Shown: positions 18,852 through 28,478, counted from the first letter of the stretch. The stretch is DNA of 53,188 bases from a bacterium (GCA_017512405.1 JAFWGJ010000027.1:1-53188); one strand, 5' to 3'. Program-made: numbers and translations. Notes: generated from the letters alone by a model not told the origin.

Positions 18852-20066
18852 CTATTGTTCGTCAAGAGCTGCAACGCCCGGTAAAACTTTACCTTCAATA
18901 AATTCTAATGAAGCTCCGCCGCCTGTTGATACGTGTGTGAAATCTTCTGTTTTAAAATATTTTTTAGCTGCTGAAACAGAATCACCGCCACCAATAACAG
19001 AAGTTGCGCCGTTTTTAGTTGCATCTACAACGGCTTGTAAAATAGATTTTGTACCTTCCGCAAATTTAGGATTTTCGAAAGCACCTACAGGACCATTCAT
19101 AAGAATTGTTTTTGATGATTTTACAACTTCTGCAAAGTTCTTTCTTGATTCTTCACCTGCATCAACACCTTCAAATCCGTCAGGTATTTCATTGATTTTA
19201 ACAAATTTGTTTGTTCCGTTGCCTGAAAAATCGTCTGTAACTAAAACATCTGTTGCCATAACTAATTTAACACCTTTTTCTTGTGCTTTCTTTTCAATAG
19301 CTTTTGCAACTTCAAGCTGGTCGTCTTCACAGATTGAATTACCGATTTTACCGCCGTTTGCCTTAACAAATGTATAAGCCATACCTCCGCCGATAATCAT
19401 ATTATCAACCTTGTCAAGTAAGTTTTCCAAAACACCGATTTTAGAAGATACTTTTGCACCGCCTACGATAGCTGTAAATGGTCTTTCAGGATTATCAAGA
19501 GCTTGTGATAAACAACGGATTTCTTTTTCCATTAATAAGCCTGAAACAGCAGGTTTAACCAACTTTGCAACTTTTGCAGTTGATGTATGGTTTCTGTGAG
19601 CTGCACCAAATGCATCGTTTACATAGAAATCACCAAGTTTTGCAAGTTCTTGAGCAAAAGTCATATCGTCATCTTTTGCTTCTTCTGCTTTGTAGTAACG
19701 AATATTTTCCAACAAAGCAACATGACCGTCTTGTAAATCCGCCAATTCTTTGTCTGCACCTTCACCGATTGGTGATTTTACAAATTTAACTTCCTGACCT
19801 AAAACTTTTGACATATATTTTGCAACAGGTTCAAGTGATAAATCTTCAAGTTTTTGACCTTCTTTTAATTTTTGCGGTCTGCCAAGGTGAGCCATTAATA
19901 TAATTTTTGCACCTTTATCTTGTAAAAATTTAACTGTCGGTAAAATAGCTTGAATTCTTGTATCATCCGTAACATTTTTGTCTGCATCCAGCGGAACATT
20001 AACGTCAACTCTGACTAATGCTCTTTTACCTTTTACATCACCTAAGTCTTTGATTGATTTTTTCAT
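18852..20066 (-). CDS. pgk: Phosphoglycerate kinase
   Basis: 404 aa with typical Pgk blocks: RVDVNVPL, AHLGRP, GGGDS, STGGGASLEF. Confidence 0.95.
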   Translation of the reverse strand: MKKSIKDLGDVKGKRALVRVDVNVPLDADKNVTDDTRIQAILPTVKFLQDKGAKIILMAHLGRPQKLKEGQKLEDLSLEPVAKYMSKVLGQEVKFVKSPIGEGADKELADLQDGHVALLENIRYYKAEEAKDDDMTFAQELAKLGDFYVNDAFGAAHRNHTSTAKVAKLVKPAVSGLLMEKEIRCLSQALDNPERPFTAIVGGAKVSSKIGVLENLLDKVDNMIIGGGMAYTFVKANGGKIGNSICEDDQLEVAKAIEKKAQEKGVKLVMATDVLVTDDFSGNGTNKFVKINEIPDGFEGVDAGEESRKNFAEVVKSSKTILMNGPVGAFENPKFAEGTKSILQAVVDATKNGATSVIGGGDSVSAAKKYFKTEDFTHVSTGGGASLEFIEGKVLPGVAALDEQ

Positions 20067-20211
20067 TTTATTCTCTCCTTTTTACTAAAAAATATCTTCA
20101 ATAATTTAATTCTAACATAAAGAAAATCCTGTTTACTTAAATTTTTTTCATATTATTGAAAAATTTTAATTGTTTAAAGTACAATATTATTGATAGCATG
20201 GAAAATAAATT

Positions 20212-21042
20212 ATGGATGAATTACTAACAGGATATAACTTCTATTCAAGCGGTCGTGATATGGAAATGATTACAAAAATCGTTGACACGCTTAAAAGTAT
20301 CTTGGAATATGATAAAAAACAGCCCCAACCGCTATTTTTAAGAACAACTGACAGTTTTATAATGAATATTGCAAGAAAAGTTGTTGAAGAAAAAAAGAAA
20401 ACATTTCTAATTGCAATTACAGGTGAAAGTGCTTCCGGTAAGACGGTTTTTGTAGATAATACAACAAAAGCATGTATTAAAGATGAAAACAGAAAAGGTT
20501 ATTATACGGTAGTAAGACAAGACGACTATTATAAAGACACTTCAAAAGAACTTCAAGAAGCGGGAAGTTACGAAGAATTGTTTAAAACGGGATTCAGTTT
20601 TGATACTCCTGATGCAATAAATTTACCGCTTATGAGAGAACATCTGTTAGCATTAAAAAACGGACAAACTGTTCAATCACCTAATTATGATTTTGTAACT
20701 TGTGAATCAAAACCTGACGGAGAAATAAAAGAACCTGCAAAAATTATTTTAACGGAAGGTTTATATGTGCTTCACGAAAGTGTGAGGGATATTATGGATG
20801 TAAAAGTTTATGTATTTACTCCATTAGAAGTTTTGAAGGAACGTTGGTACAGACGTGCAGAAAGCCGTGGTAAGACAGGTGAAGCTGCGGATTTGCAATT
20901 TAAGGATGTAAACAAAACAGCTCAACAATACATAAGACCGACTTATCCTATTGCAGATGTAATTATAAACGGTCTTGTTTCTCAGGATTACATTGTTGAA
21001 ATTACTGACAAAATTTTTAACTCAATAAGAGAATTGTTTTAA
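20212..21042 (+). CDS. Phosphoribulokinase/uridine kinase family protein
   Basis: P-loop ITGESASGKT, and TEGLYVL typical of the Udk/PRK family. It has an N-terminal extension of ~60 aa. Confidence 0.6.
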   Translation: MDELLTGYNFYSSGRDMEMITKIVDTLKSILEYDKKQPQPLFLRTTDSFIMNIARKVVEEKKKTFLIAITGESASGKTVFVDNTTKACIKDENRKGYYTVVRQDDYYKDTSKELQEAGSYEELFKTGFSFDTPDAINLPLMREHLLALKNGQTVQSPNYDFVTCESKPDGEIKEPAKIILTEGLYVLHESVRDIMDVKVYVFTPLEVLKERWYRRAESRGKTGEAADLQFKDVNKTAQQYIRPTYPIADVIINGLVSQDYIVEITDKIFNSIRELF

Positions 21043-21096
21043 AAATCATATACATTAACGATTTGAATTTTGTAAAAATATAATTATACTTATGAT

Positions 21097-21687
21097 ATGA
21101 AAAAATTATTAGTCATACTAAGTTTTATATTTGTAATTTCGGGACTTTGTACAAAAGCCGTTGAAGTTGATAATTCTGACCTTGTTTTAAGAGATTACGA
21201 CGGGGTTGAATTGCCTACCGGTACTTTTATTCAGGTTATTAATTTAAGAGAGTTTTCTACAAAATATTGTGATGAATCAACAAAAGTTTCTTTTGCCGCT
21301 AGAAATGATACTTTTATGCAGGATATGAATTTAATTCCTAAGGGTACTATTTTTCACGGGTTTATTGAAAAAATGAATGAACCAATTGTTGGAACAAACG
21401 CTTCTATGGTTGTTAAAATTACATAAATGGTTTTGCCTGACGGATTTGAAATTCCTATGAAAGGATATATATATACAAATAATAAAAATTTAATTGGCGG
21501 CGGATTGACAGCACCTCTTACTTGGCATAAACAACCCCATTTTCAACAAGGTTTTGGCTTAGGAACAATAAAATATGTTCCGGGTCAGGAACGTAAAATG
21601 GGTGAACATCTCACTGTTGCAGCAGGTGCAGACCTTATGATAGTACTTACATCTCCTGCATGGATTACACATACCTTAACAAATTGA
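21097..21687 (+). pseudogene. Secreted TrbI/VirB10-like beta-barrel domain protein interrupted by an in-frame TAA (21424-21426)
   Basis: ORFs 21097-21426 and 21427-21687 are in the same frame. The junction VVKIT*MVLPDGFEIPMKGYIYT aligns with LKITFTQITTPQGIQIPINGIIKT of the downstream paralog, so the stop lies inside a conserved domain. Confidence 0.6.
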
Positions 21688-21742
21688 CAAGAATAACTAA
21701 AAAAAATACAATGTTATTGTTGTAATTTATTAAGGAATTAAA

Positions 21743-22456
21743 ATGAAAAAAGAATTAAGTTTATTGCTTATATCAACTATGTTTGTAACGAACGCTTCTT
21801 TTGCAGCTACAAATTACAATTTTGAAGAACCTAATAAACCGGAACCTTACTCATCAAGTAAACCATTAAGAGGCTATTTGGTAAGCGTTCCAGCAGGATC
21901 AGTTGTTCCAGCCGTAACTACTATGGATTTTTCATCAAATACTTTAACACAAGGTCAATTAGTTCAAATGGCTTTAGGTTCAGATTTTTATTATGAAAAT
22001 AAATTAATAGCACCGGCAGGTAGTATGCTAACCGGCACTGTTGTAACATGCAAAAAAGCAACATGGGGTGGTATAAACGGTAAATTAAAAATTACATTTA
22101 CGCAAATAACGACTCCACAGGGAATACAAATTCCTATTAATGGGATAATTAAAACAACAGACGGTTCTGGACTTTTAGTCGGCGGAACCAAACTTGATGT
22201 TGCCAAAGAATATACAAAAGATGCAGCAGCAGGTGCTGCAATAGGGGCATTGTCAGGTGTTGTATTTGGGGCATTGGCAGGTGGTAGTGTAGGCAGAGGT
22301 GCTGCATTAGGCACTGCTGTCGGTGCAGGCGGCGGATTAGTTAAAGGTGGTGCTACAAAAGGTGCTGATGTGGAAATACCTGTTAATTCTTCCGTCGATA
22401 TTATTCTTACTCAGCCAATTACGGTTCAACCATCAAATTATAGTTACGAAGAATAG
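21743..22456 (+). CDS. Secreted TrbI/VirB10-like domain protein with a C-terminal glycine-zipper segment
   Basis: Signal peptide (LLLISTMFVTNASFA). Domain pattern VPAGSVVPAVTT...LIAPAGSMLTGTVV...ITFTQITTPQGIQIPINGII. Gly-zipper AAAGAAIGALSGVVFGALAGGSVGRGAALGTAVGAGGG. Confidence 0.55.
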   Translation: MKKELSLLLISTMFVTNASFAATNYNFEEPNKPEPYSSSKPLRGYLVSVPAGSVVPAVTTMDFSSNTLTQGQLVQMALGSDFYYENKLIAPAGSMLTGTVVTCKKATWGGINGKLKITFTQITTPQGIQIPINGIIKTTDGSGLLVGGTKLDVAKEYTKDAAAGAAIGALSGVVFGALAGGSVGRGAALGTAVGAGGGLVKGGATKGADVEIPVNSSVDIILTQPITVQPSNYSYEE

Positions 22457-22528
22457 ATAGTAGGGGAATAATTTTATCTTATATTTAATTTTAAAAGTAT
22501 AAAGTAAATCATAAAATAGGGATAATAA

Positions 22529-23677
22529 ATGTCAATTCTTGGAAATTTAAATGAAATATTAGAGGACGAACAGAACGAAGGTGCTTATACCACGCCGGCG
22601 GTAATTCGGGATAATAAAAATTATATATCTTTCAAAAAAGCATGTATAATGTCAACAATATTGCATCCCGCAGTTGTAGCTGTTATAGCGTTGGTATCTT
22701 TTGGTTTGATGCTTCTTGGTATAGATTTATTCATGCTTAAACCTCCAAAACCAAAAATGAATGATTTAGAATTTGTTTTGGTTGAAAAACAGGCTCCACC
22801 AATTAACAAAAAAACACCGTACAGAGCAGATATAAATTCACGTGCAGGCGGAAAGCATGACCCTAAACGAAAAGTGTCAATGCCATCGCCTAAACCTGCA
22901 AAAACTCAAAAACCAAAACAAGCAGCACCTGCTGCAAAAGCTCAAAAAAAAGTAACAAAACCTGCTGCGCCAAAAGCAACACAGCAAGCTCCTAAAAAAG
23001 CTTCACCGCAGCCTGCAAAAACAAATGTTGCTCCAAAACCTGCACCACCAAGTGTAAAACCTAGTACAAAACCTGTTGCAGCACCAAAGGTTACTACAAA
23101 TCCAAAAACAAACTTTACTGTACCTGTACCTCCAAGTGCAAATAAAGGAAGTTTATCGACAGGTCCTGTTGGTTCAACAGGTACATCAAACAAATCAGCA
23201 GGTGGTAACTATGCTCCGACACCTTCATTGGCTCCTACTTATAAGTCAAACGGCACTGGTACCGGTTCAGGAACAAGTACAGGTTCAAAAGGTGCAACCG
23301 GAAGCAAAGGCGGTACCGGTAATTACGGTAATCCGGGACCGGGTAATCCAAATGGTGCTCCGGGTATAGATACAATTGCCGCACCTGATTTCGGACCTTA
23401 TATGAGAGATTTGCAACGTCGTATTAAGATGAATTGGGATCCTCCAAAAGGTAATGAAAGCAAACGTGTTGTATTGTTATTCAAAATAGCAAAAGACGGA
23501 AGGTTGCTTTCTTGCACAGTTCATAAATCGTCAGGACTTCCTGCGGCAGATAAGGCAGCAATAAACGCTGTTCACTTAACAGCTCCGTTTAAACCTCTGC
23601 CTGCTAATTTCAGAGGTTCAAGCGTAGATATTCAATTTACATTTGACTACAACGTATTTGGCGGTAGTTACAGATAA
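22529..23677 (+). CDS. tonB: TonB-family energy transducer
   Basis: N-terminal TM helix, a long Pro/Lys/Ala-rich spacer (KPAKTQKPKQAAPAAKAQKK...), and a C-terminal TonB_C-like domain (VVLLFKIAKDGRLLSCTVHKSSGLPAADKAAINAV). Located next to exbB and exbD. Confidence 0.75.
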   Translation: MSILGNLNEILEDEQNEGAYTTPAVIRDNKNYISFKKACIMSTILHPAVVAVIALVSFGLMLLGIDLFMLKPPKPKMNDLEFVLVEKQAPPINKKTPYRADINSRAGGKHDPKRKVSMPSPKPAKTQKPKQAAPAAKAQKKVTKPAAPKATQQAPKKASPQPAKTNVAPKPAPPSVKPSTKPVAAPKVTTNPKTNFTVPVPPSANKGSLSTGPVGSTGTSNKSAGGNYAPTPSLAPTYKSNGTGTGSGTSTGSKGATGSKGGTGNYGNPGPGNPNGAPGIDTIAAPDFGPYMRDLQRRIKMNWDPPKGNESKRVVLLFKIAKDGRLLSCTVHKSSGLPAADKAAINAVHLTAPFKPLPANFRGSSVDIQFTFDYNVFGGSYR

Positions 23678-23719
23678 AAAATCAGTTAGTACATTAAAAT
23701 AAAGGAAAAGGACAAAAAC

Positions 23720-24367
23720 ATGGAATTACTACTTCATTCAATTCAACTTGACTGGCCGGTATTGACACCGATATTGATTTGTTCAATTTTGGTTGTGGCA
23801 GTCGCAATTAACAGATACTCTTTTTACAAACAAAACAAAAGAGATGTTGTTCAATTTATACCAAAATTACAAAAAGAACTTGCAAAAGAAAATCTTTCAG
23901 GCGCTCAAAGTTTATCAATTCAATTGGGCGGTGTAATCGGTGAAGTAACAGAAGAAGCTGTCAGAATTTTCACAGAGCAAAGAGCAGGTTTTTCTCGTTC
24001 ATTTGATATTGCATCGGCTCTTGCAACAAGAAAATTAGAAAATCACTTAACAGTACTCGGTACAATCGGTGGTGTTTGTCCATTCTTAGGTTTGTTCGGT
24101 ACTGTTGTTAGAATTCTTTATACCTTCCAAGATTTAGCAACACAAGGTAACCAATCAGCAGCAGTAGCGATGGGTATTGGTTCTGCTTTGATTGCAACAG
24201 CTTTCGGTCTTGGAGTTGCTATTGTTGCCGTAATTTTCTACAACTACTTCCAATCAGTTGTTAAACATTACGAAGACGATTTCAACTTAATCAAATTACT
24301 ATTCTTAAGCTTTGTTGATTCAAATGACGAAGTTAAAACTCAATCACCTACAAATATTGCTTTATAA
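23720..24367 (+). CDS. exbB: MotA/TolQ/ExbB proton-channel protein
   Basis: 215 aa, 3 TM helices, LGLFGTV and GSALIATAFGLGVAIVA motifs. Confidence 0.85.
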   Translation: MELLLHSIQLDWPVLTPILICSILVVAVAINRYSFYKQNKRDVVQFIPKLQKELAKENLSGAQSLSIQLGGVIGEVTEEAVRIFTEQRAGFSRSFDIASALATRKLENHLTVLGTIGGVCPFLGLFGTVVRILYTFQDLATQGNQSAAVAMGIGSALIATAFGLGVAIVAVIFYNYFQSVVKHYEDDFNLIKLLFLSFVDSNDEVKTQSPTNIAL

Positions 24368-24379
24368 GGATTAATTGAC

Positions 24380-24922
24380 ATGGCAATGCAAACCAATAAG
24401 GGTAAAGAAGCTCTTTTTACAGAAATAAATATTACACCGCTGACAGATATATTTTTGGTGCTTTTAATCATTATGATGGTTGTAGCTCCTACGTTTCAGT
24501 CAATGGATAACGATATAAATATTCCTGAAATTAACAGCGGTATTTCAATTGAACAGAAAAATTGTACTGTTTCTGTTACAAAAGAAGGACTTCTTTACAT
24601 AAACGGCAAACAAATATCAGAAACAGCTCTTACTTCAGAATTGGAAGCTGTGAAAGATTCACTGGAAAAGAAAGAAGTTGTTGTTAAAGCTGATCAGGAT
24701 GCTAAAAATGCCGTTGTTTTGAAAATTATGGATGCTGCCCAAGCTGCTGGTTATGAAAAATTAATCGTTGCAGGTGAACCTTTAAGCAAAAAAGAACAAA
24801 ATGAATTGAAAAATAGCAGTAATTCAGAAAATAATGCGGAAGTTCAAACAATAATTCCAAACCGTCCAAAGGTAAAAGAATCAAAATTGAATATTCCGCA
24901 AGATGAAGATTGGACAGAATAA
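24380..24922 (+). CDS. exbD: ExbD/TolR family protein
   Basis: INITPLTDIFLVLLIIMMV signature TM helix. Confidence 0.85.
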   Translation: MAMQTNKGKEALFTEINITPLTDIFLVLLIIMMVVAPTFQSMDNDINIPEINSGISIEQKNCTVSVTKEGLLYINGKQISETALTSELEAVKDSLEKKEVVVKADQDAKNAVVLKIMDAAQAAGYEKLIVAGEPLSKKEQNELKNSSNSENNAEVQTIIPNRPKVKESKLNIPQDEDWTE

Positions 24923-24924
24923 TT

Positions 24925-25317
24925 ATGGCAGGTAATAAACGAGATACTTTTAATGAAATAAATATTACACCGTTAACAGATATATTTTTGGTACTGTTAA
25001 TTATTATGATGGTAATTGCACCATTGTTGGATAATCAAGGACTTAATCTGACAGTTCCGGAAATAGTCAAAGAAGAAAATCTTAAAAAAGATGCTAAATT
25101 GTTGAATGTTCTTGTTACTAATGATGACAAATATTTTATTGATGACAAAGAGGTAACATTAGAAGAATTACCTGATGTTTTGAAAAAAGAATCAGTAGAA
25201 AAACCTGATGGGCTTTTAATTCAATCACAACCCGATTCAACTCACGGTGCTGTTGTAAAACTAATGGATAATGCGAGAAATTCCGGAATTACAAGTATTT
25301 CGGTAGTCGAAGGATAA
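24925..25317 (+). CDS. exbD: ExbD/TolR family protein (second copy)
   Basis: INITPLTDIFLVLLIIMMV is repeated exactly. ATG 24925 lies 2 nt after the preceding stop; the track start 24910 is a TTG. Confidence 0.85.
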   Translation: MAGNKRDTFNEINITPLTDIFLVLLIIMMVIAPLLDNQGLNLTVPEIVKEENLKKDAKLLNVLVTNDDKYFIDDKEVTLEELPDVLKKESVEKPDGLLIQSQPDSTHGAVVKLMDNARNSGITSISVVEG

Positions 25318-25322
25318 CTCTA

Positions 25323-25661
25323 TTATTTTTCTTCGTAAGTCCATTTCTTAACATCAAAATGTAAATCTTTTACAGTCAATTTTAAAGATTTTAAGTAAGG
25401 TTCTAATTCTTTCAAAATTTTGGCTTTTCTTAGCATTAGTTCCTGCGCAACGGTAGAATTTTTACATGCCACAACCATAACATAATTTTTTGTCATTGAA
25501 TAAGGTTTTGAATTATTTGAAAACTTTTCACCTACGACCTTTTCCCAGAATTTGAATAAATTACTTCTGGTTATACCTTTTTTTATTGCGGACTCTTTGA
25601 GAATTGTTGAAACAATTTCGTCGATGCCTGAAAATTCTGTGTATAATACCTTTTTTGCCAT
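25323..25661 (-). CDS. DUF721 (DciA-like) protein
   Basis: 112 aa. The pattern FWEKVVGEKFSNNSKPYSMTKNYVMVVACKNSTVAQELMLRK resembles DUF721. Confidence 0.55.
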   Translation of the reverse strand: MAKKVLYTEFSGIDEIVSTILKESAIKKGITRSNLFKFWEKVVGEKFSNNSKPYSMTKNYVMVVACKNSTVAQELMLRKAKILKELEPYLKSLKLTVKDLHFDVKKWTYEEK

Positions 25662-25698
25662 TTTGATATCCGTTTTATGTTTATGTTAAAATAAAGAA

Positions 25699-26664
25699 AT
25701 GGAATATTTAAACTTAGATGATAGCATAAAATTATCAAAAAATATATTAATAATTTCGCATGTAAACCCTGATGGAGATACATTGGGTTCAATGGTTGCG
25801 ATGAGAGATTTAATATATAAACAATACAAGAAGAAACCGGAAATGATGCTTATATCAAAAATTCCTAAAATGTATGAATTTTTGAACGAATTAAAAGATG
25901 CAAAACATTTTTCACAATTCGATAATTCTATGGTTTATGACATGGTAATTCTTGTTGATGTAGCAGCATTAGACAGAATTTGTGATGCTCAAATTTTTTA
26001 TGAAAAAGCAAAAATAAAAGTTGCAATAGACCATCATAAAACTAATAATTATGATGCAAATATAAAATTTGTAAAAGGTGAAGCAAGTTCAACAGGCGAA
26101 GTTATATATGAAATAGCTCAAAATCACGGTTGGAGTATTGATGATAAAATAGCGGAGGCTCTATATACTGCTATTTTAACCGATACCGGCGGGTTTAGGT
26201 TTGATAATACAAGTGCATTAACTCTTAAAATTGCTTCAAAATTAGTTGAAGCAGGTGCTAAACCTCAATGGATTTATAAAAATTGTTATGAAATGAAATC
26301 TAAAAATTTTATAATGTTTCAGGCATACTGTCTTAATAAGGCAGGATTCGCAGAAAATGATAAAATAGCATATATTACTGTTTATAAAAAGGATTTGGAA
26401 AAATTCGCAAGCGAAGATGATTTAACGGAAGGACTTGTAGAGAAATTACGTTCGATGGATTCTACAGAAGTTGCTTTTTTATTAAAAGAAATTGATAATA
26501 AAATGTTCAAAGTCTCAATGAGAAGTAAAAACATTGATGTTGCGGAAGTAACAGCAGTATTTAACGGTGGCGGTCATAAATTCGCTGCAGGATGTGTCTT
26601 AAAATATAGCGCAGATGAATGTGTAAAAAAACTTTTAACAGAAATTAAAAAACAGGATTTATAA
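25699..26664 (+). CDS. nrnA: DHH-family phosphoesterase (NrnA-type oligoribonuclease/pAp phosphatase)
   Basis: HVNPDGDTLGS, DHHKTN and a DHHA1 GGGHKFAAG motif. Confidence 0.85.
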   Translation: MEYLNLDDSIKLSKNILIISHVNPDGDTLGSMVAMRDLIYKQYKKKPEMMLISKIPKMYEFLNELKDAKHFSQFDNSMVYDMVILVDVAALDRICDAQIFYEKAKIKVAIDHHKTNNYDANIKFVKGEASSTGEVIYEIAQNHGWSIDDKIAEALYTAILTDTGGFRFDNTSALTLKIASKLVEAGAKPQWIYKNCYEMKSKNFIMFQAYCLNKAGFAENDKIAYITVYKKDLEKFASEDDLTEGLVEKLRSMDSTEVAFLLKEIDNKMFKVSMRSKNIDVAEVTAVFNGGGHKFAAGCVLKYSADECVKKLLTEIKKQDL

Positions 26665-27518
26665 TGAAAAAAACTATTATATATTTAAAAAGACTTATAA
26701 AATCTGTTTTGGATAATGATTTTTTCGGTATGGCATCCGAAATGAGTTATATGTGTTGTTTGGGTATTTTTCCGTTAATGCTTTTTTTAACAGGCGTTTT
26801 TGGATGGGCAGGTAAACACGAATTTATCCGTCCTGTTTTTGCTTTTATGTCATCTATTATGCCTGGTGATACAATGGGGCTTATTAATACCGTTATAAAA
26901 GAAGTCTTGTTTTATTCAATGGGTGGTTTTTGGGCAATTTTGGGCTTCTTTATTACTATATTCCTTTCTACAAATATGATTGCGATAATTTCAAAAGGCT
27001 TAAACAGAGCTTATAAAATTGAAGAAACACGATCTTTTTTATATACGAGAATAATGGCTTTTTTAATGCTGTGTGTCAATACAGCTGTTTTATTCATAAC
27101 AATAAATTTAATCATTTTCGGTAAGTTGTTACTTGGTTTTTGCGTAACTTATTTGAATTTGGGTGAAGGTACTGCTTCTATGTGGATGTTTTTACGCTGG
27201 CCGATTGCATTTTTAGCATTGTATATACTTGCATTCTTACAGTATTATTTGTTACCGGATTTGAAAGGTTCCGAAAAATTAAAATTAAGAAGCACCGTTC
27301 CGGGTACATTCTTTTTTTGCACAAGTTGGTTATTAGGTTCTTGGGGTTTTTCAATTTATATCAATAATTTACATACTTATAATTTTGTTTACGGAACGAT
27401 AGGTGCTTTTGCAGTTTTAATGGTTTGGTTGTATTATACGTCAATACTGATTCTTATCGGTGCAGAGATTAATTCTCAAGTTTACAACAGACTTGAAATA
27501 ACATCTAACTGTAAATAG
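26664..27518 (+). CDS. YihY/BrkB family membrane protein
   Basis: 284 aa, ~6 TM helices, and a typical SYMCCLGIFPLMLFL start of the family. Confidence 0.7.
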   Translation: MKKTIIYLKRLIKSVLDNDFFGMASEMSYMCCLGIFPLMLFLTGVFGWAGKHEFIRPVFAFMSSIMPGDTMGLINTVIKEVLFYSMGGFWAILGFFITIFLSTNMIAIISKGLNRAYKIEETRSFLYTRIMAFLMLCVNTAVLFITINLIIFGKLLLGFCVTYLNLGEGTASMWMFLRWPIAFLALYILAFLQYYLLPDLKGSEKLKLRSTVPGTFFFCTSWLLGSWGFSIYINNLHTYNFVYGTIGAFAVLMVWLYYTSILILIGAEINSQVYNRLEITSNCK

Positions 27519-27577
27519 TATTGCATTTTAAAAATCTCTTTGTTATAATTGTTTCAAAGAAATAATTAGGAGATATT

Positions 27578-28459
27578 ATGAGAAATATAATTATTTACAC
27601 TACAAAGAAGCAATCTGATATTAAGGATACAATTGAACATTTAGACAATATCGAGGAACTTCAAATTCGTGTTGAATTGTCAGATGATTTAAAAGAATAT
27701 TTACTTTTAAATCCTTCATTACTGATTATTGAAGATGTTCCTAATTTATTAGATGTTTTGATGACAACAAAATTCCAAGTTCCTGTTTTATTTGTAGGTG
27801 ATCCTATTAACGAGGTTACTGTAAGAGCTTTAAGTTATGATTATATTTCTAAACCTATAAATAAAGATTTACTTATTGTAAGAATAAGATCTTTATTAAA
27901 AATAAAAGAATTACATGACAAAATCGATGAAGTTTCAACAACAGATGAACTTACAGGTCTTCATAACAGAAAATATTTGCAAGAACGTCTTGATGCAGAA
28001 ATTTCACGTGCAAGACGTTACAAAACTCCATTATCATGCTTATTGTTTGACATAGACTTTTTCAAAGTTGTAAACGATATGTATGGCTATGAATGGGGTG
28101 ATGTTTTATTGAAAAATCTTTCTGATAAACTAAAATCATTCATCAGAAAAGAAGATGTTTTAACAAGATATGGCGATGAAGAATTTATCGTAATTTTACC
28201 AAATACATCAGAAGACAATGCATTTATTTTCGGTGAACGTTTCAGACGTGAAATTGAAAAAATGGAATTTATTCCGGCAGGTGAAGAGGAAAGACATCCT
28301 ATTACAATATCCGGTGGTATTTCAACTTATCCTTGCTTAAAAAATGTTGAAGAAGATGCTAATACTGTTATCAGATATGCAGAACATGCTTTGTATAACG
28401 CTAAAAAACGCGGTAAAAACAAAATTGTTCAATTCTCTCAAATTAATTTAGAAATTTAA
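27578..28459 (+). CDS. Pseudo-receiver + GGDEF-domain protein with a degenerate A-site (GDEEF) and an intact RxxD I-site
   Basis: GGDEF-domain blocks: LTGLHNRKYL, FDIDFFKVVND, RKEDVLTRYGDEEFIVILP. The N-terminal REC-like fold lacks the acidic pocket (IIIYTTKK) and has Glu at the phospho-Asp position (LLIIEDVPN). Confidence 0.75.
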   Translation: MRNIIIYTTKKQSDIKDTIEHLDNIEELQIRVELSDDLKEYLLLNPSLLIIEDVPNLLDVLMTTKFQVPVLFVGDPINEVTVRALSYDYISKPINKDLLIVRIRSLLKIKELHDKIDEVSTTDELTGLHNRKYLQERLDAEISRARRYKTPLSCLLFDIDFFKVVNDMYGYEWGDVLLKNLSDKLKSFIRKEDVLTRYGDEEFIVILPNTSEDNAFIFGERFRREIEKMEFIPAGEEERHPITISGGISTYPCLKNVEEDANTVIRYAEHALYNAKKRGKNKIVQFSQINLEI

Positions 28460-28478
28460 TAGTATTCAAACTAATAAT

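Noticed and set aside
18247-19789. Track ORFs antisense to or overlapping fliC and pgk (18247-18588 -, 18937-19377 +, 19411-19599 +, 19565-19789 +). Similar shadow ORFs occur elsewhere (547-741, 2259-2552, 10505-10777, 12017-12307, 21991-22314, 30554-30903, 33808-34059).
   Set aside because: All are embedded in well-supported genes on the opposite strand or in another frame, lack start contexts and have biased composition. They are treated as spurious.
22850-23370. Apparent low-complexity repeats and long antisense or alternative-frame ORFs (22942-23193 -, 23076-23369 +).
   Set aside because: They fall inside the Pro/Lys/Ala- and Gly/Ser/Thr-rich spacer of TonB. Such biased sequence keeps other frames open, so there is no independent coding or repeat-element signal.
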